From positions 736,001-800,000 of the forward strand of contig OY969564.1 of NCBI GenBank assembly GCA_963701095.1: DNA of 64,000 bases. Reading direction: 5' to 3'. The DNA is from an uncultured Methanoregulaceae archaeon (GTDB lineage Archaea; Halobacteriota; Methanomicrobia; Methanomicrobiales; Methanospirillaceae). This document shows positions 11,348 to 22,152 of the stretch, piece after piece. Each line of letters begins with the position of its first letter. The stretch's first letter is position 1. The notes beneath the pieces are model-generated. The model made no database searches and was not told where the DNA came from. It saw only the letters and a list, made by a program, of their open reading frames with translations. The position numbers and the translations under genes are program-made.

Positions 11348-11794
11348 TTATTTTTGAGAGGAAAACGGTAATCTTCGCCCAAGTTTTTGAGATTTGCACA
11401 TCTGCCAATGTAATGGGGCATCACTTATACTATCCATCCAGACCCACGGCTGGTAGGTGCAGCACATTTCCGGTTTCACCCTATGGATCCCGCAAAGATA
11501 TTTTTCTTTTGCAACCCGACGCAGAAACGGGCAGACGGGGACATACCCGCCAGTTTCCGGGTCACGCATTTCAAAGACCACGACACTTCCCAGATCGCCC
11601 GAGCTCAGGCTGGTGCAGGGGACCGGTGTACTCCCCTGTTCCATAAAAGCCACAAACCAGCGAAGGATATCGATTCTTTCCTGTTCCATCCAGATATACA
11701 CATTAGCGGGAGTCGGTGCTATACCGGGACCGAAAATCCGGCAACAGAGACCGCACTGTTCGCAGGGCTCATCTTCGGGCAGGGGCTCGGGCAT
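11348..11794 (-). CDS. YkgJ-family cysteine cluster protein
   Basis: CEQCGLCC, CPFL, CGIH..KPEMC..Y. Confidence 0.8.
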   Translation of the reverse strand: MPEPLPEDEPCEQCGLCCRIFGPGIAPTPANVYIWMEQERIDILRWFVAFMEQGSTPVPCTSLSSGDLGSVVVFEMRDPETGGYVPVCPFLRRVAKEKYLCGIHRVKPEMCCTYQPWVWMDSISDAPLHWQMCKSQKLGRRLPFSSQK

Positions 11795-11957
11795 GGTCGC
11801 TTCCTTCCACTATTCACCCGTGAGAAGGATAAGAGTTTTTACTGCTGATTTTGTGGACAATCCGGAGAATCAGGAAAATATCTCGCCGGAAGAATTGAGA
11901 ATAGCATATATCCCGAAACAGAAAGATTCATCATTCCGGCGGGCAAGAACCGTCCAT

Positions 11958-14175
11958 ATGACCGACGCGTTAACCTGGTACCTGTCGGGAATGAGTTTCC
12001 AGGCCGAAAACCAGCATGAAAAAGCACTTCACGCGTTTGGTGAGTCACTAACGCTCGATCCGGGAAATGCCGGGGCCTGGGTCGGCATGGGAATGGCCCA
12101 GGCACAGCTGGGTGAGTACCAGGAAGCAATCCAGTCATTTGACCGGGCACTTGCCCTTGGCGACCAAAACCCCTTTGTCTGGTACAGCCGCGGTGTTGCA
12201 TTCCACCTTCTTGGCAATGACGATGAAGCGATCCTGTCTTATAACCGGGCGCTTGCTATCGAAACATCAAACGCTCTTACCTGGACAGGGCTTGGTGATT
12301 CTTTACGCACCCTTGAACGATACGAATGTGCACGCGAAGCGTATGGAAAAGCACTTGATATTGACCCAGAGACCGTCCCGGCCCTTCTCGGCTTTGGCAT
12401 GGTCGCATTTGAGCTTGGCGAATACCAGCACGCACAGGAATACTGCCAGAAGATCCTGGCAATCTCACCGGCACACCTGGTCGCGCTTGCCCTTTCCGGT
12501 ATGTCACTTGTCGAGAGAAAATCCTACAACCAGGCCATATCTGTTTTTGACCGGGCTCTTACCGTCGATAACCAGTTTGCCCCGGCGATCTCTGGAAAAG
12601 CCCAGGCATTGTGTGAACTTGGCAGATTCAACGATGCACTCCGGCTCTTTGAACAGGTAATCCAAATCGATCCCGCTCTTCCGGATGCCTGGATTGGTAA
12701 AGGAATGGCACTTGGCAAGTTGGGCAGGCACGAAACGGCGATGACAGACTTTTGACCAGGCATTGGCACTCGATCCGGAGTGTGCAGCAGTCTGGTACGC
12801 TGAAGGACCCGTATTCCGGTTCTCCTGCAGGCTTGAAAAACGGATCCCGGGTATAACACGAATGTTACCTGCCACGCCGGGTTCAGCCGGTGATTTGGGA
12901 AGCCCTGGTGCTGAACTGTTGCGATCGGAGCAATACGAAGACGCTGTACGGGCATTCGATCAGGAAATCGAAGCAGACCGGAATTCCGCCAACCTCTGGT
13001 GCAACCGGGGTGTTGCACTTGATGCTCTGGGAAGGCATCACGAAGCGGTTATATCGTATACGAATGCGCTCAATATCGATCCCGGCATGGTGGCCGCGGG
13101 ATATAACCGGGGACTCACGGAATGCGACCTCGCCCAGTATGAGGCCGCACTCGTCTCTTTCGACAAAGCGGAAGCGCTCGAACCTGACACTGCCATGATC
13201 TGGATGGCAAAGGCACACACGTACAACAAAATGTATCTTTTTGAGGAGGAGCTCGCAGCATACGATACGGCAATTGCACGGGATCCGAATTTTTCGATTG
13301 CCTGGCACGACCGCGGCGTTGTTCTTCACCAGATGAACCAGAACCTGGAGGCACTCAAATCATTCGAACAGGCTGTTTCCATTGACCGGGGGCTTGCAGC
13401 ATCATGGTTTAACAAAGCGTGCCTGCATGGCCGGGACGGCGCGTACGGAATTGCACTGCAGGCATTTGATCTTCTGATGTCCATAGATACAAAGAACGCA
13501 CTTGCGTGGTTCTGTGAAAGCCTGGTCCTCATTAACCTGGGAAAAACAAACCAGGGAAAGAAAGCGTTCATCCGTGCCACCCAACTGGAACAGGGTTTTT
13601 CCCTCCTGAGACGCTCGTCTGGCGGAGCGATATTTTTTACGCGCAAAAACCGGCTGTTTGTACTCAGGCTGGATCGCTGGGTCCGGTCATTCCAGGATCC
13701 CTCCCTGATCTGGTTCAGGAAAGGAACCGAGCTGTTCCAGAATCAGAAGAGCCAGGAAGCCATCGACGCATTTAACCGTTCGCTCCTGCTCAACCCTGAA
13801 AACGCCCGTACCTGGTTTTATCTTGCACAGGCATGTTCCCGTCTGGGCCGGTATGTGCAGGCACTCGAGGCCTATGGTCACGCAATCGCAATTGATCCCC
13901 TCAATACAGCAGCCTGGAACAACAAAGGCCTGATTCACCGGCGGTTGCACCAGGAAAACGCCGCTATTGCTTCGTTCAGCCGTTCCCTTGCTATCGACCC
14001 ATCTTATTTTAACGGCTGGTACAATATCGGTCTTATCTTCCTTGATCGACAGGAATACGGTAAGGCCCGTGAGGCATTTGATCATGCACTTGTCCTGCGG
14101 CCGGATGATCCCCGGGCACGTAACCGGCAGAAATATGCTATGCAGGGAGAGGGAAAAGTCTCTATTGAACCGTAA
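11958..14175 (+). pseudogene. TPR repeat protein split by frameshift(s) at ~12750-12900
   Basis: Continuous TPR repeats in ORFs 11958-12755 and 12763-14175. Confidence 0.75.
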
Positions 14176-14187
14176 AATCTCTTTTGT

Positions 14188-15108
14188 TTACCCGTAATTG
14201 GTGATAAGGAGTTCATTGACGAAACCGCGCCGGGCCCCGTTGCAGTTAATCATCCGTTTTGCCGGCACCCTCCTGATAGAAAATCCGTCGTACAGATCTT
14301 CAAAAAAGGAGTCATTGGGATCGGAATTACTGAGCATAATCATCGCCCCTTTCCGGTCCAGATCCCGGAAAAAATGCGCGAGGCGTTCCTGGTCGCTATC
14401 GGAGAAACCGGCACGTGAATAGGACGTAAACGAGGATGTTGAATTGAGCGGCCGGTACGGGGGATCGAGATAAACGAATGTACTATCGTCAACAGCGCTC
14501 CTGCACCGGGTAAAATCACCACATATGATCCGGGTGTTTTTGAGCATGGCCGCAACTTTTTCCAGATTATCAAGGTCGTAGATCACCGGGTTCTTGTATC
14601 GACCAAAAGGTACATTAAACCCACCATTCCGGTTGACACGGAACAGGCCATTGTAGCAGGTATGATTAAGAAAAATGATGTGGGCAGAACGCTGTATCCA
14701 GCGGCTGGTGTAATGGCCGAAATCAACCGTTGCCCGGTTCCTGTTGAACGATTCCCGGACTGCATAATAGAACGCTTCCTTTTGCTGACTGTTTTTTTCC
14801 CGGTATGCAGACTCAAGTGTCGCAAGTTCCTCGGAAAGACGAGGAAGGGATCTGCGGATAACCCGGTAGACGATGATGAGCTCTTCGTTGACATCAGATA
14901 CTGTACTCTGCTCAAAAGAAAACAGCCGGTTTAACGAGAAAAAGACGGCACCCCCGCCGATGAACGGCTCAACATAACGGGTGATTTTTCCGTCCCGAAG
15001 AGCGGTACGTGGCAGAAACCGGGAGAACTCGTCAAGTAACTGCGATTTTCCCCCGGCCCATTTCAGGAATGGTCGGGCCCCGGAATCCCGATTACATTGT
15101 CGTGCCAT
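14188..15108 (-). CDS. dam: Dam/D12-class N6-adenine DNA methyltransferase (no adjacent endonuclease)
   Basis: PFLKWAGGK, EPFIGGG, NGLFRVN, FVYLDPPY. Confidence 0.85.
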   Translation of the reverse strand: MARQCNRDSGARPFLKWAGGKSQLLDEFSRFLPRTALRDGKITRYVEPFIGGGAVFFSLNRLFSFEQSTVSDVNEELIIVYRVIRRSLPRLSEELATLESAYREKNSQQKEAFYYAVRESFNRNRATVDFGHYTSRWIQRSAHIIFLNHTCYNGLFRVNRNGGFNVPFGRYKNPVIYDLDNLEKVAAMLKNTRIICGDFTRCRSAVDDSTFVYLDPPYRPLNSTSSFTSYSRAGFSDSDQERLAHFFRDLDRKGAMIMLSNSDPNDSFFEDLYDGFSIRRVPAKRMINCNGARRGFVNELLITNYG

Positions 15109-15277
15109 ACGGATCGAACGTACCAGTATCCTGTAAATATGACATTCATCGGTTATGATACTTCCACGAAATACCGGCCGTGAAGCTTTTCCTTTTCTCT
15201 TGATCTAAAACCTTCCCTTTTTATGCCCGCGAAACGGATGTACAGAACAAAGAACAGCATTCACCAGACGTCATACC

Positions 15278-16197
15278 ATGAGTACATTTACCCGGATCCA
15301 GAACTTCCGATCAACGATCAATTTCAGGCTTTTTTTGTTGTATCTCGCTATTGTGCTCATTATCCCGGCAATCTCAACCATCTTTGAATACCTCATTTCG
15401 GTCAATCCCGGGCTGCGTTCTGAGCTTCAGCTCGACATGGAAAACTTCCATATCTACCAGATATTTACCACGTCGTTTGTGCATCTCAATTTTGATCATT
15501 TCCTCGCAAACGTAACGGCCTACCTCTTAATCGCCATTTATGGTCTGGTTCTTGCAACGCTGATTAACCGGAAAAAGCTGTATGTAGTCCTGAGTAAGGT
15601 CATCGTCATAATATTCCTGGTCTTTGGTGCATGTTTTGCCGTGTTCAACGCGACCACCAGTTATTATGTCGGGCTTTCGGGTATTGATTCGGCACTCGCC
15701 GGGCTGCTGCTCATTTTCTGGTTGGTATACCTCGAACATACATCCCAGAAAAGGATGCGCACCTATTACGGGCTTGTGTTCTGTTGCGTGCTTGCGCTTT
15801 CTGCCGGCATCATTGCGCGATATATTATTCTGTACCATAATTATCACAACATCCCGTTACTTGCGTCGCTTGCCACAGTTATCGCTGTACTGCTGATTGC
15901 TATTTTCTGGTTTCGGCACCAGTTTATCGAACTGTACGACGTTATGCGCAGCTTTACCTGGTCTGCCAGGCTCATCACCATCGCGATTGTACTTATCTTT
16001 GCGTACTTTATCTGGAACCTGTTCCCGGAGCAGCTGGGAAATTACTCAACCGGGCGGTGAGCATCTCGCTCCATATTGCCGGCGTCATCATCGGTATCCT
16101 CGCCGGATATCTTTTCCTTGTTTACTTTGAACGGATTGCCTATTTCAAGCGGGAAAAAGAGGTCGTTTTAGAAAAACTTCCGGTTAAGGAAACCTGA
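15278..16197 (+). pseudogene. Rhomboid-like intramembrane protease, frameshift near 16055
   Basis: FVHLNFDHFLAN and GLSG; catalytic His (LHIAGVIIG) lies in a shifted frame ending 16197. Confidence 0.65.
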
Positions 16198-16206
16198 AAA
16201 AAGGGC

Positions 16207-16779
16207 TTATTCCATTCCGGCAAGTATTTCGTCGGTTGTGCGGACCCGGCCCATTCTTTTGAAAATGTAGTTTACAGCATTGTGGTGTTGTTCAGCTGAC
16301 ATCGACGACATCGCATCTTCGGCAAAAATCTGCTGGAAACCAAATTCGTAGGCAAACCGTGCCGTACTCTCGACGCCGTAATCTGTCGCTATACCGCACA
16401 GGACAATGGTGTCCATGCCCCTCCTGCGGAGCTGGAGCTCGAGATCGGTGCCGTAGAATGCTCCCCATTGTTTTTTCCCTATCACAATATCCGTGGTCGC
16501 GTGCCCGATCTCCGGGATAAACTCGGACCAGTCCGGAGGCATGGGCCCGGTGCGGGAGAACGTTTCATCGCTTTGGACCTTCAGCATCGTCTCCGGCGTT
16601 GAGACGACATGGACAAGAAAGACCGGCATCCCGTTTTTCCGGAACGCGGCTATAAGCCTAGCTGCATTCCTGACCACATCTTTTGCAGTATGGGGTTGTG
16701 TAGGCCGGGTTGCTATACCTTTCTGGAGATCGATAACCACAAGGGCAGTTGTGTTTTTACTCATTTCCAATGCCGGCAT
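16207..16779 (-). CDS. Isochorismatase family hydrolase
   Basis: ALVVIDLQ, KKQWGAF, GIATDYGVESTAR. Confidence 0.9.
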   Translation of the reverse strand: MPALEMSKNTTALVVIDLQKGIATRPTQPHTAKDVVRNAARLIAAFRKNGMPVFLVHVVSTPETMLKVQSDETFSRTGPMPPDWSEFIPEIGHATTDIVIGKKQWGAFYGTDLELQLRRRGMDTIVLCGIATDYGVESTARFAYEFGFQQIFAEDAMSSMSAEQHHNAVNYIFKRMGRVRTTDEILAGME

Positions 16780-16842
16780 CTGATGTTCACTCAGGGAAGA
16801 TAGGAGGGTGTCCGCTATTTATTGGCTGTGGTAGTGATGGTA

Positions 16843-18467
16843 TTATACCCGGCACACTTTTTTTAAGCGTTCACCAAGCCACGGGACGAAATCCTTTTTC
16901 CTTGACATGACACCGGGCAGCCGGACGGGTAATGGCTCGCCAAAAATTTCCCGAAGGAGCAGAGGATCACCTACACCATAGAGGTCGCTAGCGTTTTCAA
17001 GAACATTGGTGAACAACGCAAGCGAAAAGGAGATACCTGCAGCAGACCGGGCTTGTTCCAGTGCCGCTGCAATTGCGTCATCCCGTGCGCGGTTCCAGGC
17101 AAAAGATGGAACCATGACCTGGGCGATTTGGACACTTTTTTCCGAAAGCGTAAAAAGTTTTGAGTCCCGGGAAAGAAGGACGTCAAGGGGTACACCAGAC
17201 AGGTCCATGCCCTGTTCAAGCAGGGAAACGCCCAATTTCTCCGGGTCTTCACCGACAATCGACGCAAGATATTTTACCGCTTTTTTATCCTGGTGGGTTG
17301 TTGTTGACATCCGTAGCGACAGGGTATCGGAAAGGATACCACAGAGGAGAACACCCGCGATCTCCCGGGATGGGACAAGGCCGGCTTCCAGGAATTTCAT
17401 GGCAATAATGGTGGAAGTTGCGCCTACCGGATCGTTAAAAAACCGGATGGGCCGCAGCGTCGTGATCGCTCCCAGCCGGTGGTGGTCAATGATCTCCACA
17501 ACGTCAGCTTCTTCGATACCGGGGACTGCTTGGGAAGCTTCGTTGTGGTCGAGAAGAATAACCGGGCGGCGGACATTATCAAGTAACGTCGTCCGTGTCA
17601 GGATACCCATGAGTTTTCCCTGGCCCGATACAACACATGCTGCCCGGAACATCGAGCCGGAAACGACCTGCCGGGCGCGGGCAATAGTTTCGGTGCATGC
17701 AAGGACCGGGACATTGGTTTCCATCACTTCCCGGGCGGGGAGCGAGAGATTGATCATTTTTCCTACACCGAATGCATCCAGGTGCGTGGAAAGAACCGAA
17801 ACCCCCCGCTGCTGTGCAGCCCCGATAACCCGGTTCCCTACCGGCGCACCTTCAGCGATGATTAGAGCTGCAATCCCGGCAGAGACAAGAGCGAGTTGGG
17901 CCGGTTCGTTGTCGCCGACAACCGCGATATCTTTTTCCGTCATTTTTGCGAGGGTGACGTGCAGGGCATCGATAGCAATATAGACCCGTCCTTCAAGGAT
18001 CGGATGAGATTGTACAATGATGTGGGCACAAAGAACCGGGCAAACGTTTCTATGGGCACAGGGGTGACCGAGAGTGCGGCAAGGTGAAGGGTCCCGATAT
18101 AGGCATTAGCAAGCGCATGTTCGCCAATCATGCCGGCGGGTTTGCCTTCCGGATCCGTAATAACGACATTCCGGATCCCCTCTTTTGCCATAAGGGCAGC
18201 GACATCGACGGTGGGAATATCCTCGGGAAGGGCAAAGACCTGTTTATAGCTGATATCGGCAAGTGTCGGTTCTACTGACGGGATATAAACAGGTGCAGGC
18301 ATACTGTACCGGTCGAGCATAAACCGGGATTCACCGTTGATCTCCCCGCACCGTGCCGGGACGTACCGGCCGGGTTCAGACCGGTTTTTAAAATCCGCGT
18401 ACCCTAGAACGCTTGCGATGCTGTCGGTATCAGGCTGCCGGTGGCCGATGCAATAGATCTGGTTCAT
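16843..18467 (-). pseudogene. ppaC: Mn-dependent inorganic pyrophosphatase with CBS-DRTGG, frameshifted near 17950-18040
   Basis: GHRQPDTDS, LLDHNE, IIDHH, ILSDTL, SRKKD across two ORFs. Confidence 0.8.
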
Positions 18468-18665
18468 AGTACCTCAAAGAAGAAGAACAGCTGTTGCTGC
18501 AATACGTGCGCCGTCCGGGTTCATAAGCTCTGGGCTTGAGATTTCGTGCTGTCACCTGCCAAATCCTTTTCATGTGCCCCTTCTAACCGGATCATTACGT
18601 GTGTACCTCTATAATTGCCAAATTAACACAAGGTGACAACCGCATTTTAAAAAGGGAGATCTGAT

Positions 18666-19652
18666 ATGACCGTAGCAATTCACGCCGCTGACCTTACCCG
18701 GCGCTTCGGCGATCTCGTAGCCGTAGACCATATCAGTTTTGATATAGAACAGGGCGAGATATTCGGTCTTCTGGGCCCAAACGGCGCCGGAAAGACCACC
18801 ACCCTTTCGATGCTCTCGACGATGCTCGAACCCACTTCCGGTACTGCAACGGTTATGGGAATTGACGTAACCAAAGACCAGGACGGTGTCCGTAAAGCCA
18901 TCGGGATCGTCTTCCAGGACCAGAGCCTCGACGAAGAGCTTACCGCATGGGAGAATATGGATTTCCATGGCCGGCTCTACCGGATCCCAAAAGCCACCCG
19001 GGAACAGCGAATCGATGAGCTCCTCAACCTGGTCGAACTTTTCGACAGAAGGAACGATATTGTCAAGACATTCTCCGGCGGAATGCGGAGGCGCCTTGAG
19101 ATCGCCAGAGGCCTTTTACACCACCCGGCTGTCCTTTTCCTCGACGAACCCACGCTGGGTCTCGATCCCCAGACCAGAAACCACCTCTGGAAATATATTG
19201 AGGATCTTGCACAGGAGAAAAATATCACCATAATCCTGACCACGCATTATATGGAAGAGGCTGACCGGCTGTGCAACCGGATTGCGATCATCGATCACGG
19301 GAAAATCATTGCCCTTGACACACCTGTCAGGCTCAAGGATTCCATCGGCGGTGACGTAGTGACCATTAAATCACCGGATACGGAAAAGACAGCCGCCGTG
19401 TTTGCCGTTCCCTGGATCAACCGGATCGAAACCCATGATGACGAAGTGATCCTTACGTTGCAGAATGCTGAGCAGCGCTTGAGCATGATTGTGACCCTGC
19501 TCAACGATGAAAAGATTCCCATCACGTCTATTTCCGTCCATAAACCTACTCTCGAGGATGTCTTCCTTTCGTTTACCGGTAAAACCATCCGGGAGCAGGA
19601 TATAAGCAGAAAAGACGCTATGCGGATGCATTTCCGGATGATGAGGCACTGA
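18666..19652 (+). CDS. ABC-2 exporter ATP-binding subunit (DrrA-like)
   Basis: GPNGAGKT, FSGGM, LDEPT. Confidence 0.92.
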   Translation: MTVAIHAADLTRRFGDLVAVDHISFDIEQGEIFGLLGPNGAGKTTTLSMLSTMLEPTSGTATVMGIDVTKDQDGVRKAIGIVFQDQSLDEELTAWENMDFHGRLYRIPKATREQRIDELLNLVELFDRRNDIVKTFSGGMRRRLEIARGLLHHPAVLFLDEPTLGLDPQTRNHLWKYIEDLAQEKNITIILTTHYMEEADRLCNRIAIIDHGKIIALDTPVRLKDSIGGDVVTIKSPDTEKTAAVFAVPWINRIETHDDEVILTLQNAEQRLSMIVTLLNDEKIPITSISVHKPTLEDVFLSFTGKTIREQDISRKDAMRMHFRMMRH

Positions 19653-19654
19653 TT

Positions 19655-20404
19655 ATGGATATCGTTTACACCATCTGGCTGCGGAGCATGAAACGGTACG
19701 TCCGGTCGAAAAGCAGGATTGTGGGAAGTATTGCCATGCCTCTTTTCCTTCTGGTCTTTTTGGGCTTTGGCCTTAACTCTGTAGTGAGTGCAACATCGCT
19801 TGGCCAGCAGTACGTCATGTTTCTTGTGCCGGGGATGGTCGCGATGAGCGTGCTTTTCACCTCGGTATTTTCCGGCATCCAGATTATCTGGGACAAGCAG
19901 TTTGGGTTTTTGAAAGAGACGCTTATTGCACCGGTATCAAGGATCGAGATTATGTTTGGCATGACGGTCGGGGGTGCAACAACGGCAGTTTTCCAGGGAA
20001 TCATTCTTATGGTGCTTGCGACGCTGCTGGGCCTGCGTATCGCTAACCCGGGAGGGTTTTTTATCGCGCTTGGCTTTATGGTCCTTGTCGGGATTTCATT
20101 CACCGCATTTGGGATATCCATCGCTTCGCGGATGGAAGACATGACCGGCTTCCAGCTGATCATGAACTTCGTTGTGTTCCCGCTTTTCGGCCTTTCAGGA
20201 GCACTTTTTCCCATCAGCTCCCTTCCCGCATGGCTTGAACCCGTCACCCTTGCAGACCCCCTCACGTACGGGGTCGAGGGGATCCGGTATGGTCTGACCG
20301 GCGTTTCTCCGATCAACCCCATCATCTGTGCCGCAGTCATTGCCGGATTTGCGGTAGCTATGACAATGGCCGGTGCCTACCTGTTCCGCAAAGTGACCGT
20401 TTAG
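19655..20404 (+). CDS. ABC-2 type permease
   Basis: 6 TM, LVPG, SGALFPI, PLTY; adjacent to ATPase. Confidence 0.9.
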   Translation: MDIVYTIWLRSMKRYVRSKSRIVGSIAMPLFLLVFLGFGLNSVVSATSLGQQYVMFLVPGMVAMSVLFTSVFSGIQIIWDKQFGFLKETLIAPVSRIEIMFGMTVGGATTAVFQGIILMVLATLLGLRIANPGGFFIALGFMVLVGISFTAFGISIASRMEDMTGFQLIMNFVVFPLFGLSGALFPISSLPAWLEPVTLADPLTYGVEGIRYGLTGVSPINPIICAAVIAGFAVAMTMAGAYLFRKVTV

Positions 20405-20462
20405 GTGCACTCCCCATTTTTAGAGAGGATTTATCAGGTAATCCCGGTTAACACAAGAGCTG

Positions 20463-20834
20463 GTGAAACGCATGAGTGACGAGATCATTGTTGTCAGTAC
20501 TCCGTATCTTCCCGGTTACCGGATTACCAAAACCATTGGGTTCACATGGGGACTTATTGTACAGAGCCGGGGACTTGGCCGGAATATTACGGCAGGTCTC
20601 CGTTCACTTGCCGGCGGGGAAATCCATGAATATACCCAGCTTTTGAACCAATCCCGGGAAGAAGCACTTGCACGGCTGAAAGAGCATGCCGCATCCCTTG
20701 GAGCAAACGCCGTCATCGGTGCAGCGTTTGATTCGTCAGAGACCGGCGGTATTATGACAGAAGTGCTTGCCTACGGGACAGCAGTTGTTGTCGAAAAAGA
20801 TACGGCAACGGCAGGGCCGGTCCGGCTTGCATAA
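20463..20834 (+). CDS. YbjQ (UPF0145) family protein
   Basis: GGEIHEY, GANAVIG, AYGTAV. Confidence 0.9.
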   Translation: MKRMSDEIIVVSTPYLPGYRITKTIGFTWGLIVQSRGLGRNITAGLRSLAGGEIHEYTQLLNQSREEALARLKEHAASLGANAVIGAAFDSSETGGIMTEVLAYGTAVVVEKDTATAGPVRLA

Positions 20835-20965
20835 GAAAAAACGGGAGATAGCCCTTTTCTTTTTAAAAAAACATGAAAAAGCGAAAATAAAAGGACTATA
20901 GTATGAGACTGCACGGCATCGGTGCATTGCAGCTCGGTTCTTTTAAAAAATTCAAAAAATTATTA

Positions 20966-21934
20966 TTATTCCATCTTTTTCGTAAGGATGAACGCTGCTG
21001 CTAAAATGCCGATTATCAATACTACTGGAACGGATACTGACGGAAATTCCGGTACTGGGGGCGGCGTTGATGTTGTCGGACCGGTAGTTGGACCGGTAGT
21101 TGGAATTGTGGTAGGTGTCGGTGTTGGTGTGATGATCCCACACGCCGGTAGGCCTGTCACCGTTGCATGATCCAGAGTAATCGCAGTCTGGGCCAATAAG
21201 TCACCGCGGACTGTTCCGCCGGTTTGGACTGCAATTCCTGTCTGGTCCAGGATAACACCATTGAATTCTGAATTTGTTCCCAACGTTGTTTCACCAGCGA
21301 CCACCCAGAATACGTTCTGAGGCTGCGCTCCGCCGCTGAGGATGACATGCGTACCGGAAGCGGTGTCGAGGGTTCCCGGGATAATAAATATCCACACATC
21401 ATCAGGTCCTCCTGACAGGGTAACATCTGTCGGAATATTTACACCCGTACTCCATTGGTAGACACCAGGAAGGAGGTTTAGTCCTCCAATATCTCCGGCG
21501 CCAACGTCAGTATATGTGGCTGTTCGGCCGGAACCGTCAGTATACGCAGATTCCATGTCATTGACAGCAATAGTCAGCATACCGGGTGTTGGCGGCGAAT
21601 AGTCAGGAGCAAAAACATCTCCCGAAACCTGAGCTGATGTCGAAAATGTATTAGAGGGATCCATGGTGAGGGCAAAACCGGTTATGGCCGCTGAAGAAAT
21701 CGGGCTTACACCGATATTTCCAGTGATGGTTGAAGTTCCCGTAGTTGAAATTCCTGATTCCGCAAGAATCGTAAAATTACAGTCTGATCCTAAATTCACT
21801 GGAGAATTATCAACTAGTGCAGCTAATACCCCGGGAATTACCATGACAGTCAATAGGCAGATAAGCATTATGGTTCCCCCTACAGAGAAGAGAACATTTC
21901 TCTTTCGGGTAAGTATTCCACCTCGCCTTTTCAT
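20966..21934 (-). CDS. DUF3494 ice-binding-like protein with PEF-CTERM sorting signal
   Basis: FTILAESGIS, LLPGVY, NVFWVVAG, FNGVIL; Thr/Pro linker then VPEFP-TM-KK. Confidence 0.85.
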   Translation of the reverse strand: MKRRGGILTRKRNVLFSVGGTIMLICLLTVMVIPGVLAALVDNSPVNLGSDCNFTILAESGISTTGTSTITGNIGVSPISSAAITGFALTMDPSNTFSTSAQVSGDVFAPDYSPPTPGMLTIAVNDMESAYTDGSGRTATYTDVGAGDIGGLNLLPGVYQWSTGVNIPTDVTLSGGPDDVWIFIIPGTLDTASGTHVILSGGAQPQNVFWVVAGETTLGTNSEFNGVILDQTGIAVQTGGTVRGDLLAQTAITLDHATVTGLPACGIITPTPTPTTIPTTGPTTGPTTSTPPPVPEFPSVSVPVVLIIGILAAAFILTKKME

Positions 21935-22005
21935 GATCGTACCTCCGGATCACAGAATCTCCCGCAATCACAAACTCTGACTTACCTGCGAATTACTTGA
22001 GGGTG

Positions 22006-22067
22006 TGCAAAGCAACTCTGCTTTGCATCAACTGCCAGTCGAAGAATCACGGGTTCTGACGGCAGTT
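22006..22067 (-). promoter_or_regulatory. Two stem-loops in the probable 5' leader of the DUF3494 gene
   Basis: tgcaaagca-actc-tgctttgca (22006-22027) and aactgcc..gtc..agaa/ttct..gac..ggcagtt (22030-22067). Confidence 0.5.
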
Positions 22068-22152
22068 CACCACCAAAATGTAACCCAAAATTAAAAAATA
22101 AATTAGCCCACAACAAGTTAACGGAGCCTAACAAGGTATTATTTAAAAAAGA

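Noticed and set aside
11457..11957. N-terminal extension of the TPR ORF
   Set aside because: Overlaps the YkgJ gene on the opposite strand; TPR repeats begin at ATG 11958
17006..17983. 325-aa plus-strand ORF
   Set aside because: Antisense to ppaC, Ser/Arg-rich shadow composition
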